A stretch of 64,000 nt of DNA from an uncultured bacterium (GCA_963977015.1 CAXBMO010000011.1:123844-187843), one strand, 5' to 3'. Positions 18,161-27,305 are shown, numbered from the stretch's first letter. The notes: generated from the letters alone by a model not told the origin. A program made the numbers and translations.

Positions 18161-18862
18161 ATGAAAATCTCCTTTCTGATCGCCACGTTGTTGGCCATGT
18201 GGAGCGCAGGGCTCCATGCGCGAACCTGGACCAGCGCCGACGGCACCAAAACCTTCGAAGCAGAATTACGGTCCTACCACGTCGCCAGCGGAACCGTCGC
18301 GGTGGTTACCGACAAGGGAGTGCTGATGAAGTTTCCGGCCAGCAAACTCTCGGAGGCAGACAACGCCTACCTCAAAGAGCAAAACGCCCTCAAGCCCGCC
18401 CCATCCGAGGACCCTGCCGAAATGCTTTCGTCCCAGGCCGTTGGCGAGGAGGTTCTGAAAGCCAAGCTCCATCGCCTTGAAGGCAAACGCTTCCGCCGGG
18501 CCGAGATCGACAAGGCGCCGGAATATTACATTCTCTACTACTCGGCTTCCTGGTGAGGCCCCTGCCGTGCTTCTGTTCCACAGGTTGTGGAGAAATACAA
18601 CAGTAGCGTCGCCGACAACCCCAAGGTTGCCATGATCCACATTTCCCAGGACACCAGTGAGGACGCTGCGGAGAGTTGGGCGGTCAAGGAAGGCTTTCCC
18701 TGGCTCACCGTTCTCCCCGGGGATGTGAAACGCAGCGATTTGTCGAAATACCGCACCCGGCCCGTCGTGCCATTCTACACCCTGGTCGATGCCTCGGGGA
18801 ATCAGTTGGCGACCGGATCCGGCGCCGTTTTCGCCAAAGCGGCGGAAGTCGGCGCTCAGTAA
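18161..18862 (+). CDS. Predicted selenoprotein: signal peptide + SHD1 domain + thioredoxin-like (nucleoredoxin/tryparedoxin-type) domain, UxxC active site
   Basis: ORFs 18161..18556 and 18587..18862 are in the same frame. Read-through of TGA 18554-18556 gives YYILYYSASW-U-GPCRASVPQVVEKYN...MIHISQD...FPWLTV...VVPFYTLVD, a 233-aa protein. The N-terminal RTWTSADG.KTFEAEL...KLSEADNAYL matches the SHD1 pattern. Confidence 0.88.
18571..18594 (+). promoter_or_regulatory. Candidate bacterial SECIS hairpin
   Basis: TTC-TGT-TCCACA-GGT-TGTGGA-GAA: perfect 6-bp upper stem, G-starting apical loop 26 nt 3' of the UGA, bulged lower stem. Confidence 0.7.
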
Positions 18863-18905
18863 ATCACCGTTCGCCCCGTGCGCAGCGCGCCGTCTCAGCG
18901 CCGTC

Positions 18906-19586
18906 TCAGCGCTGTTTCTCCCAAGGAAACCGCACGTAATCGGTCGACCAATTGCCGCTTTCCTTCTTCTGCTCGAACAGGAGGCGGTTCGGTTCCCGTT
19001 TCGCGCGATCGATCCCCTCGGTCTCGCCGATGTGATGGATCACCATCTGCACGTCCTCGCGCATCTCCGTCTCCACCACCGGATCCGCGCGATAAAAGAA
19101 ATGGATATCGGTCTGGCCATAGTTCCCCACAAAATCTTCGTCACAGCCGCCGACTTCCCAATACACCTTCCGCGTCAGCAGCATCGTGCCCGGGTGAATT
19201 TTCGTCTTGCCGCTTTCCGGATCAATCCGCTGAAACTTGTAGATCTTGCGCTCGTTCTTCTCCGCCAACGCCACCACCTTTTCCGCTTCGGACGGAGGCA
19301 GAATGTGGTCCATGTCGCTGTGGAACATCCACTCCGTCTCGCACACCTTTGTCCCCAGATTTCGCGCCCCGCCGATGTTGCAATACATGTCCTCCATCAC
19401 GCGGTAGATCTCCAGGTGAAAGTCCGGTTCCCCGACCAATTCCGACACCGGCGTTTTCGAGCAATCGTCCACCAGCATGATGCGAATCTGCTGCTTCAGT
19501 TCCTCCGGATAGCTCGCCCAGTTCTCCAGCTGCCGCTGCAGCATTTCCGTCTGGTTGTAGTAGGTGTAGATGAGTGTCAGTGCCAT
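18906..19586 (-). CDS. GT-A fold glycosyltransferase (family 2/7-like)
   Basis: IMLVDDCS, GGARNLG, DxD motif (SDMDH), VGGCDEDFVGNYGQTD. Confidence 0.8.
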   Translation of the reverse strand: MALTLIYTYYNQTEMLQRQLENWASYPEELKQQIRIMLVDDCSKTPVSELVGEPDFHLEIYRVMEDMYCNIGGARNLGTKVCETEWMFHSDMDHILPPSEAEKVVALAEKNERKIYKFQRIDPESGKTKIHPGTMLLTRKVYWEVGGCDEDFVGNYGQTDIHFFYRADPVVETEMREDVQMVIHHIGETEGIDRAKREPNRLLFEQKKESGNWSTDYVRFPWEKQR

Positions 19587-19599
19587 GCCTGCGTAAGGA

Positions 19600-20196
19600 T
19601 CAATGCCATTCCAGGTTGATGCGGTCGGTCAATCCCATGTCCGCGATCCGTTTGCGGAGTGCCTCGGTTCGCTCGGCCAGTTCGGGAATCTTGCGCTCGT
19701 GAGTCTCGACCAAAATCTGCTCGGCGACGTCGTAGGCGCCGGTGTCGAGCAGGCGGTTCACCACCTCCAGTTCCGCCCCTTCAACGTCGATCTTCAGAAC
19801 CGTGACCTTGGTGTCGAGCGATTGGAGAAACTCGGCCAGGTCGATCGTTTCAACTTCGACCGGAGCCGCCGTATTCACGTTGCCCTTGAAGTCGAGGAGT
19901 GAGGATCCGTTCGCCGTTTTCAGCGTTTCCGGCCCCAAATCCTCGTGGAGAAAGAAGCTCGCCGTCGCGTTTTTGTCGGACACGGCCTTCTGATACAGCG
20001 TCAGGTCTTTGGCATCGGCAAAGCGCTCTTTCAGATGGCGAACGGCTGCTGGATTCGGCTCAAAGGCGTGAACCACGGCTCCTTTTTCGAGGAACACTTC
20101 AATGGTGTCGCCAATGCTTGCTCCACAATCCACAACGACGGAACCCGGGGCGAGTTCCAGCGTCTTGAGAAAGGTTTCGTCGAGTTTTCCAGTCAT
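19600..20196 (-). CDS. FkbM family methyltransferase
   Basis: VVVDCGASIG, VHAFEPNP, VLKIDVEGAE. Confidence 0.9.
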   Translation of the reverse strand: MTGKLDETFLKTLELAPGSVVVDCGASIGDTIEVFLEKGAVVHAFEPNPAAVRHLKERFADAKDLTLYQKAVSDKNATASFFLHEDLGPETLKTANGSSLLDFKGNVNTAAPVEVETIDLAEFLQSLDTKVTVLKIDVEGAELEVVNRLLDTGAYDVAEQILVETHERKIPELAERTEALRKRIADMGLTDRINLEWH

Positions 20197-20205
20197 GATG
20201 GGGTG

Positions 20206-21135
20206 TTAGAGAACGCTCTTTACGAGTTCGGTCCATTCGTCGCGAAACCGGTCAATGTGAAACACTTTCTGGGCGGTTTCGCGACCAGCGCCGCCGATGC
20301 GTCGCGTCAGGTCAGGGTCGTTTTGTAAGAGCCGAAGATGGTCGATCAATTCGTCGATGTCATCCGAACAATAGCCGTTTACGCCATTTTCGATGTAGTC
20401 GGATTCTCCCTGCGAAGCGGTGCTCACCACCGCCAACCCGCAAAGCATCGCCTCCGCCCGCGTTCGCGGATTCGGAGACGCGTGGGCTGGATTCAGCAAA
20501 ATGCTGGAGTGGCTCAGAAAATCGCGATATCCGTCCCAGCTCGAAAACTTCACGTCCCGGCCCACCCAACACAGGTGAATTCCCGCGTCTTCGATTTTCG
20601 TCACGGCTTCGTGATTGCGAAACTGTGAGTGGCGCCCCGCCTGGTGCGACTGCACCACGACAACGCGTGGATCTGAGTAATCCGTTTGCGGCCATTCCTC
20701 GGGGCTGAACCCATGGAGGATCGGTCGCGAGTTCGCAAGTCCCCAAAGTCGATGCGACGTCGTGCTGTTGGCGACCACCGGCAGATCACCCAGAAAATCC
20801 TGCATCTCCTGGGACGAACACCCATCCACCATGTTGCACCCGTGATTGATCACGATCTTCGGCCCCTCAAAATGCGAGCGCCAATACTCAAACAGGTTGC
20901 GCTTGTCGATCTCATCCAACGTCCATTGATCCACATGGAGAAGCATCACCTCGCTCTCGTTCGCCTCATGGGAAGGAATGAGCCGCACGTGATCGGGGAG
21001 GGGACGATGCTGCGACGCCCACATCCGGCTGGTATCGGTAATCAGCGACCACTCGAACGGGACTTTGAACAGTTCGTAGTCATGCCCAATATGCCAGGGA
21101 TACTTGACGACCTTGATCGGAGCTTCGTTGGGCAT
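20206..21135 (-). CDS. GT-B glycosyltransferase (GT4-like)
   Basis: EAMLCGLAVVST, IENGVNGY, RRIGGAGRETAQKVF. Confidence 0.85.
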   Translation of the reverse strand: MPNEAPIKVVKYPWHIGHDYELFKVPFEWSLITDTSRMWASQHRPLPDHVRLIPSHEANESEVMLLHVDQWTLDEIDKRNLFEYWRSHFEGPKIVINHGCNMVDGCSSQEMQDFLGDLPVVANSTTSHRLWGLANSRPILHGFSPEEWPQTDYSDPRVVVVQSHQAGRHSQFRNHEAVTKIEDAGIHLCWVGRDVKFSSWDGYRDFLSHSSILLNPAHASPNPRTRAEAMLCGLAVVSTASQGESDYIENGVNGYCSDDIDELIDHLRLLQNDPDLTRRIGGAGRETAQKVFHIDRFRDEWTELVKSVL

Positions 21136-21162
21136 CGAAAAAAACGCTTCGCAGCCGAAGGG

Positions 21163-21804
21163 CTAGTTGTGGGGCAATTTGCCGTAACCGGCCTTGTTGT
21201 AGTCGCCCGTTCTCCGCGTATCGCCCGTATCGACAATCTTTGCCCGCTTGAATTGAAACGGCGTGGGAAACTTGCTCGCGCTCCGCTTCAGATACGCCAC
21301 GATGATGACGCCCTCGCGTCCCGCCTTCACCGACGCGTAGTTTTCCAGGATCAGGATGGTGTAGGCGCACAGCCGCCCGATTCGAAACGCGGTATCCTGG
21401 GTGTAATAGTAGCGCCCGTGCTTCGGGTAAAAGCCGGGATGAATCAGGTGATGGATGATGATCCCGCCATTCTTGCACGCATCGTGGCAGTTCTTGAAGA
21501 ACATGTACTGGTCGTTCACGTGTTCGCCCGTTCCATAATTCGTCACCAGATCGAATTTTCCCTCCAATTCAGCCGGGATCGGCGTATCCAGATCATGGGC
21601 AATCGCCCCGTTTTGGCCGTTCAGGTCGATCGTCGCCACCTTTTTCGCGCCGCGTTCCAAATACCACTGGCGTGCCGGCATTCTGGGCTCGGGCGACTTG
21701 TGTTCGATCGCGCCCATCTCGAGGATCTTCAGCCCCTCATAGGACTTCCCCCGCATCGCAAGCGCTCGCTTTTCGACCTCACATTCTTCAACGTGTTTTC
21801 CCAT
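21163..21804 (-). CDS. Class I SAM-dependent methyltransferase-like protein
   Basis: KILEMG, TIDLNG, FDLVTNYGTGEHV, CKNGGIIIH. Confidence 0.75.
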   Translation of the reverse strand: MGKHVEECEVEKRALAMRGKSYEGLKILEMGAIEHKSPEPRMPARQWYLERGAKKVATIDLNGQNGAIAHDLDTPIPAELEGKFDLVTNYGTGEHVNDQYMFFKNCHDACKNGGIIIHHLIHPGFYPKHGRYYYTQDTAFRIGRLCAYTILILENYASVKAGREGVIIVAYLKRSASKFPTPFQFKRAKIVDTGDTRRTGDYNKAGYGKLPHN

Positions 21805-21903
21805 AATCTTCGCGAAAAAGGCTCGGTAAAGGTGATTCTGGGCGAGTGCAAGGGGAATTCGGGAGCCCGTGAGGCGCGGATGTCAGGCCGGAATCTGAAC
21901 ATG

Positions 21904-21937
21904 AAAAGACCCAGCCGCTTGGCTCAGCGACTGGGTC
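21904..21937 (-). terminator. Rho-independent terminator
   Basis: Minus strand GACCCAGTCGCT-GAGCCA-AGCGGCTGGGTC-TTTT, about 55 bp downstream of the stop at 21992. Confidence 0.75.
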
Positions 21938-21991
21938 CCCCCTTTAGTTACACGTTTCGAGGTGTGTCACAACAAGTCGAGGAGCCGGCGC

Positions 21992-23548
21992 TCAGTTCAC
22001 GCCAACTTCGAAGACTGATACCGTTCCGCTTACCTCATTGCTCACCACAATCAGGTCCTTCCCGTTCGGGGACTCGGCCGCCGGGATGAAGACGATCGCC
22101 TCGGGGCCCAAATCGCCCGCATCGGCGGCTCCATCCGGGTTGTCTTCGTCAAATTCGACCGCAAAGTTCCGGTTGTTCTCGTAGCCGGCGAACGTCGGTG
22201 CGGATGGATCGCTTACGTCGAACACCATCACGCCGCCGACGCGCTCCAATCCGACAAAACAAAACGTCCGCCCGCCGATCGTGCCCACCGCGATCGCTTC
22301 CGGCTCCGGCCCCTTGTCGTCGGAGCGATTCTTGAAACTCGGCGACTCGTCATTCGTCGCGTTGAACCCTTTGCCCAGCCGCTCCGAGGTAATCCGCTCA
22401 ATCATGTCGCCGCTCTCCCAAACCAGCGTCATCTCGTCATCCCAAATCGCGAACGAGCGCGCGCCGTAACTGTAAATCTGGTCGATGTCTCCGTCGCCGT
22501 CGGTATCGCCCGTGGCGCTCGTCGTCTTCAGCCGGCCCAACTGCTTCACGTCCTGCAGCTCCGCCGCATTGGGGTAAGCCTCCGCATCCAGCTTCAGATC
22601 CTCGACCCGTTCCTCCTCGGAAAAACCGTCGTAATCGCGCGCATCACCCTCGTTCGCGGTAAAAATGAACGTCTTGTCATTGATCACCGCAGCCACCGCC
22701 GAATCCGGCTGATACATCCCCAGGACCGGCCACGTCTTGATCATCACCTCATCCGTCTTGTTGCTCGCATCAAACCCGTTGCCCGCTTCGTTGTGATCCT
22801 TGAACCCCAGCCCCACCAGCCCCTTGATGCTCTTGCTCGGCAGATCGATGATGAGCGCCCCATTGTTCTCCTGGCACATGATATAGGCCGTCTTGGAATC
22901 GCCCGAAATGCAGACGAATTCCGGCTCCAGATCCTGGGCAATGCTGGCTTTCTTTCCGAAAATTCGCACGCTCTCCGGCACCTCCGTAATCTCGCCGAAC
23001 GTGATCTGCGTCACGGTCGAATCCGCCACGTTTTCAGCCACCTCCACCACCGTCACCGATCCCTCCGGATCGTTGTTGTAATCGTCATTCGGCTCCCCCT
23101 CGTTCGCCGTTACGATGAACCGGCCATCGGGCGAAATCCCAACGTTGTCCGGCAGCGCTCCGGTGGGGAAGGTCTGCAGCACCGCCCCATCCGTATCCAT
23201 CACCACCAGCTTCCCGGGCGACTGTTTGTCGGCGGGAACGGCAGTCAACGCCACCAGGTTTCCGTGAACCGCCACGCAGGTGAACTCCTTGCCGTACTCG
23301 GAAACCGCAATCTCCTTCGCCGCGCTAATCTTGGACGGATCACTCAGATCAACGATCGTGATATTCCCCTTCTCGCCGTTCACGACAAAGGCCCGCTTCG
23401 TTCCCGGGTCATAATCGACGATCTCCGCTGCGCCCTCGTCAAAATTGCCCGTTTTCAGGGTGGAAAGAAGCTTCAGCGACACCGCGTCGTCCGCAAACGC
23501 GGCAACCGTGAAACCAATCGACACAACAACAGAGGCAAATATTTTCAT
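21992..23548 (-). CDS. Choice-of-anchor I family protein (alkaline-phosphatase-associated beta-propeller)
   Basis: Signal peptide from ATG 23548 (MKIF); GAAEIV.YD, GALPD, ANEGEP, DLEPE, GMYQPD, ANEGDARDY, YGARSF, RSDDKGPEPE, GDLGPE, NEVSGT. Confidence 0.88.
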   Translation of the reverse strand: MKIFASVVVSIGFTVAAFADDAVSLKLLSTLKTGNFDEGAAEIVDYDPGTKRAFVVNGEKGNITIVDLSDPSKISAAKEIAVSEYGKEFTCVAVHGNLVALTAVPADKQSPGKLVVMDTDGAVLQTFPTGALPDNVGISPDGRFIVTANEGEPNDDYNNDPEGSVTVVEVAENVADSTVTQITFGEITEVPESVRIFGKKASIAQDLEPEFVCISGDSKTAYIMCQENNGALIIDLPSKSIKGLVGLGFKDHNEAGNGFDASNKTDEVMIKTWPVLGMYQPDSAVAAVINDKTFIFTANEGDARDYDGFSEEERVEDLKLDAEAYPNAAELQDVKQLGRLKTTSATGDTDGDGDIDQIYSYGARSFAIWDDEMTLVWESGDMIERITSERLGKGFNATNDESPSFKNRSDDKGPEPEAIAVGTIGGRTFCFVGLERVGGVMVFDVSDPSAPTFAGYENNRNFAVEFDEDNPDGAADAGDLGPEAIVFIPAAESPNGKDLIVVSNEVSGTVSVFEVGVN

Positions 23549-23681
23549 GACAAGGGGAATCCTGAGGGCCGCCATTCTTGCCAAAATCCCCACCCAATGC
23601 ATCTCTCACCGTGCGACAATCTCGTCACCAAAGGATTGATCGCTTCGCCTTGCCCAGTTCGTCGCGATTGCGGAAGAGCCG

Positions 23682-23776
23682 GGCGCGGGTAGCGGAATTT
23701 GCCAAAAATTCTGTCCTGCGGAGGTTGTGGGTCGATGCCAGGTTTCGGAATTTTGGCAAATTCCGCTACCCGCGCC
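23682..23776. repeat. REP doublet (REPIN-like inverted repeat)
   Basis: GGCGCGGGTAGCGGAATTTGCCAAAAATTC (23682-23711) and GAATTTTGGCAAATTCCGCTACCCGCGCC (23748-23776) are reverse complements apart from one A. Each arm has GTAG followed by a short palindrome. Confidence 0.8.
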
Positions 23777-23879
23777 AAACCTCCATCGCCTTCAAATCCT
23801 TGGCGGTTCAGTAAAACGCCGAGCTCGCTCGGGTCGCAATTGCCCTCGAACGCCACTACTACACCCATCTTACCTATCA

Positions 23880-24238
23880 GGTCGGCCTTTTTTAGGATCT
23901 CGCGTTGACGTTTGAGATACTCGTTTTCCTACTTGAGTTGCTTGATCTCGGCAACCGCATCCTCGGCCGACGCTTCGGCTCGACCTTTGTCGCCTGCGGC
24001 TCCAAAACTCTCACCTCCGCTCTGGCCGAGGATGCGGTTGCGCCAGCTCCGGAGGCTGTTGACGTTGACTCCCAGTTCGCGCGCGACCTGGCTGATGGGG
24101 CGTCCGCTGTTCCGAAGCAGGTCGACCGCGTCCCTGCGAAATTCCTCAGTGTAGGTGTTTCCGGTATTTGACATGATGATCTGATTTTTGATGGTCTCAG
24201 ACCACGCCCCGCATGTCTACCGTTTCGGGGGAAGTTCA
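23880..24238 (-). mobile_element. Truncated IS3-family element (left IR + inactivated orfA)
   Basis: Left IR TGAACTTCCCCCGAAACGGTAGACA (24238-24214). orfA reads YTEEFRRDAV...SQVARELGV...LRSW, with a premature TAG at 23929-23931, then ENEYLKRQREILKKA containing an A6G slippery run. No orfB/DDE domain follows. Confidence 0.85.
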
Positions 24239-24306
24239 TTTTGGGTAGAGCATTTGAAGAAACGACGTGGGAATTCATCCGTTACCCTTCCGCTTTAATC
24301 GAAACC

Positions 24307-27111
24307 TTACCAATTCACCGCCGCCCCTTCGGCATCGGCTAACTCCTCGGTGCGTCGCCTATACCCATGCTTCTGAATCAGCGCCTTGGCCTTGGCCAGT
24401 TCGTCGCGGTCGTGGAAGAGGCGGGCGCGGTGGAGGTGGATATCGGCGAGGTAGAGCGGCATCGGCCCGCGTTCGGCGATGAGCTGGGCCTCGTCAAAAC
24501 TTTTGCATCCTGCTTCAATATTTCCCATAACACAATTTGTCCAACCGCAGTGCAATAGACCGACTGGGATAAAATGAACTTGGCCCGCTTTCCGAAGACT
24601 GCCTAGCGCCTGTTCCGCCAACGAATGAACTTTACTGGAAAAACTTTCAGCGATCTTCCCATTGTCGGGTTCAAAGCCACGAAAGGCCGCGACACGGGCC
24701 AAAAGGGTTTGGTCCAACGCTGTGGCAATCAAACTGGGTTCCCCATAGGGAACTTTTCGCGTTGCTCTTGATTGAACTTTTTTACAGATATTTAGAAGCC
24801 CTTTCGATTTCAGCGGGGACCTCAAAAGAAATGCTCGCCAGTACAGAACGTCCAATTTTCGGAGGAGAAATTCACAGTATCGGAAGCCAGCTATTCCTCC
24901 GAGAATTGGATAAACGGGTCTAAATCGCTTTTGGATTTGCTCTGCGAGGTGAAATGCTTCCTGAGCAGATTTTGAGTCTCCGTCCAGGAATTGATGGAAT
25001 GCTACCGTAGCGAGGGTGGACACCTGTTGGAATTTCTCCCTCGCATTTATGGCAATTTTCGCAGCTTGAACTCCGTAATCGATTGAAGACGGGAGGTTGC
25101 CAAGAAAGCCGTAGATCTCACTCAAATTGTTGGCGCTTCCTGCCGCAGCTTTGAGTTGGCCTAAATTCTCGCGTGCTTGCATCGCTAGGTGCATCGGTTG
25201 AACTGATTCTGGCAGTCTGCCCATTGCTCTTAAGAGAAATGCTGCCTCACTCAAGAGCCAAGCTTGCAGCAGATTGTTCAGCCGGGGCGTCGGTTTGTCC
25301 CAAACTTCGTCAAAGAAACTTGCAGTAGCAGAGAGGTCTGAACCAATGGCTCCCAATTTATCAGTGGAAAAGAATTCGGTGCGCACACCCTTCTTTAATT
25401 CTCTTCTTAGGATTCTTTTTTGAAAAACTTTCAGGGCTTCCTGTTGCCGCTGTGCAAGACAGCCGTGGCCAACAGCTTGGTAGAGAGGCTGAAGCCCGCC
25501 GAGGGTCCCCGGCTTTTCATCGGTGCTCTCGCAGAGGTAGTCGAAGAGGCGGCTGTGCCCGGCGGCGAAGGCTCCGGGTTGGTCCACCTTCAACTTTTCT
25601 GCGAAGTATTCGCGGATCAATGGATGAGCGTCGATACCGTAGGAGGATGGAGCATGACTGCCGGAAGAAAGTTCATTCAGCGTGATAAGATGGAGGCGTT
25701 CGAGGCCTTTAAGAGCCAGATTCCAGTCGATTTTGCTGAGGGTGACTATGGAGTCGGTGAGGCCTGGGATCGCGGGGGGCTGGCGGAGAGCCGCCAGGCA
25801 GCCTGGATCGACCGGGCGGTCGAAAAGACCGGTGAGGCGGAGGATTTCGAGGGCGTAGGTTGGACGGCCAATCCGAGTGGCGGAGCCTTTGCTCGCGGAC
25901 AGGCTGTTCACGCTACTATCTTGGGCAAGCCACTCCTCATACGCAGTGATGACACCGAAAGCGTTGCGCTGAGTGAAGTGCTCGCCAGCTTGGTAAAAAG
26001 TAACCACGTCCCGCTTCCGGATATCCCCGCCATGGGCATCGGCGAGGAAGCGTCCCAACATCTTCAAGGTGAGCGCATGACCGCCAACTTCCTCACAGGC
26101 TTTCACCAACTCTTCATCGGTGCCGTTGATCTGGAGATAGCGCAGTAAACTGATCGCTGCGTCTTGGTTGAGCATATTCAGTTCTTCTTCCGGGCAAACG
26201 CCTGTACGGAAGGGGCGCAGATCAGAAATCGACTCTCGGCTAGTGACGATGCAAAGGCCGGGGTGGCCCATCGCGAGATTGACGAGGAGGGTTCTAAGCC
26301 CTTCGTCTTTTAATTCGCCTGGACGCGCTTTGTCAATGCCCGGGAACTGAAGTGGTTCCAGTCCATCAAGGATAAGCAAGGCGTGGTGCTGTTTGATGAG
26401 TCCCGCGAGCCGTTCGCCACGATCGTGTGGACCGCCCAGCGTGGGGTCGGGATCGCCGAAAAACTTGAGGGCCTCGCTAAGAAAGAGATCGGCGCTGGAT
26501 TGGGAGGCTTCGCGGCTGCCCTGGCTGTAGAAGGACCAGTCAAAGTAGCGATCCACCCCCGGCCAGCCCTTCGCCGCCAAGGAATCCGTCATCCACTTCG
26601 CGACGAGGGAGGTCTTGCCCGAACCGCCGAAGGCGATGAGGGACAGGATGTGGGTGGATTCGCGCTGCGCCCAGGCGTCGTCGAGCATCGCCAGCTCCGT
26701 TTCGCGGCCGAAGAGGTGTTTGGGGGCGTGGCGGAGGAGACGGGAGGGGGCGTTTTGTTGCCTGGTGTCGATGTGGGTTCTCAGGTCATCGACGTGGATG
26801 TTCGCGAGATAGTCGGGCAGCTCGCAGTCGTCGATACGGATGGGGTGGAGTTCTTTCTTGTAGAATTTGCCAAGTTCCCATTCCCATTTAACCCACTTGG
26901 ATAGGGCTGAGTGTTTGGACAGGACAAGGACGAGTCGGTCCGTATCTTTGATCGCTTCGTGGATGGCGTCGGTAAAATCGGTTCCGGCCTGAATGGAATC
27001 GATGTCATTGAAGACGTTTTCATACCCCATTTTTCGGTAATGATTACCGAGCTGCGCGACGTAGGCGTCGTCTTGTGTGCTGTGACTAATGAACGCTTTT
27101 TTCTCCGCCAT
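24307..27111 (-). CDS. TIR domain + STAND-type P-loop NTPase + TPR-like repeats
   Basis: AFISHS.QD, LVLSKHSALSKWVKWE (TIR with Glu), LFGRETEL, Walker A GGSGKTS, Walker B LLILDGLE, IVTSR, GGHALTL, HPLIREYF, helical C-terminus. Confidence 0.85.
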   Translation of the reverse strand: MAEKKAFISHSTQDDAYVAQLGNHYRKMGYENVFNDIDSIQAGTDFTDAIHEAIKDTDRLVLVLSKHSALSKWVKWEWELGKFYKKELHPIRIDDCELPDYLANIHVDDLRTHIDTRQQNAPSRLLRHAPKHLFGRETELAMLDDAWAQRESTHILSLIAFGGSGKTSLVAKWMTDSLAAKGWPGVDRYFDWSFYSQGSREASQSSADLFLSEALKFFGDPDPTLGGPHDRGERLAGLIKQHHALLILDGLEPLQFPGIDKARPGELKDEGLRTLLVNLAMGHPGLCIVTSRESISDLRPFRTGVCPEEELNMLNQDAAISLLRYLQINGTDEELVKACEEVGGHALTLKMLGRFLADAHGGDIRKRDVVTFYQAGEHFTQRNAFGVITAYEEWLAQDSSVNSLSASKGSATRIGRPTYALEILRLTGLFDRPVDPGCLAALRQPPAIPGLTDSIVTLSKIDWNLALKGLERLHLITLNELSSGSHAPSSYGIDAHPLIREYFAEKLKVDQPGAFAAGHSRLFDYLCESTDEKPGTLGGLQPLYQAVGHGCLAQRQQEALKVFQKRILRRELKKGVRTEFFSTDKLGAIGSDLSATASFFDEVWDKPTPRLNNLLQAWLLSEAAFLLRAMGRLPESVQPMHLAMQARENLGQLKAAAGSANNLSEIYGFLGNLPSSIDYGVQAAKIAINAREKFQQVSTLATVAFHQFLDGDSKSAQEAFHLAEQIQKRFRPVYPILGGIAGFRYCEFLLRKLDVLYWRAFLLRSPLKSKGLLNICKKVQSRATRKVPYGEPSLIATALDQTLLARVAAFRGFEPDNGKIAESFSSKVHSLAEQALGSLRKAGQVHFIPVGLLHCGWTNCVMGNIEAGCKSFDEAQLIAERGPMPLYLADIHLHRARLFHDRDELAKAKALIQKHGYRRRTEELADAEGAAVNW

Positions 27112-27305
27112 GCCGTAACCTGATAGGAAATTGCAAGAAAGGTGGCCTACCCTTGCGATTTCGTCAACGCATCGCGGCGATGGTCATTCGCCGGGAGTTG
27201 GTGCGAAATGGACCGCAACGGCCGGTCGTCGCGACTTCTGGCTGCCCAAACTCCCCGATTCTTTACGGTTTACGGATCACGGTTCACTGCCATATTCCCC
27301 GCCCC

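Noticed and set aside
18887-18912. 11-bp tandem duplication GCGCCGTCTCA
   Set aside because: Only two copies, at a gene end between convergent genes; no function supportable.
20686-22089. 467-aa plus-strand ORF
   Set aside because: Antisense to well-supported glycosyl/methyltransferase genes, with no motifs.
23929-23931. TAG read-through (pyrrolysine/recoding) in the IS3 orfA
   Set aside because: It lies in a truncated IS relic with no orfB, and TAG is used as a normal stop elsewhere; a simple nonsense mutation explains it.
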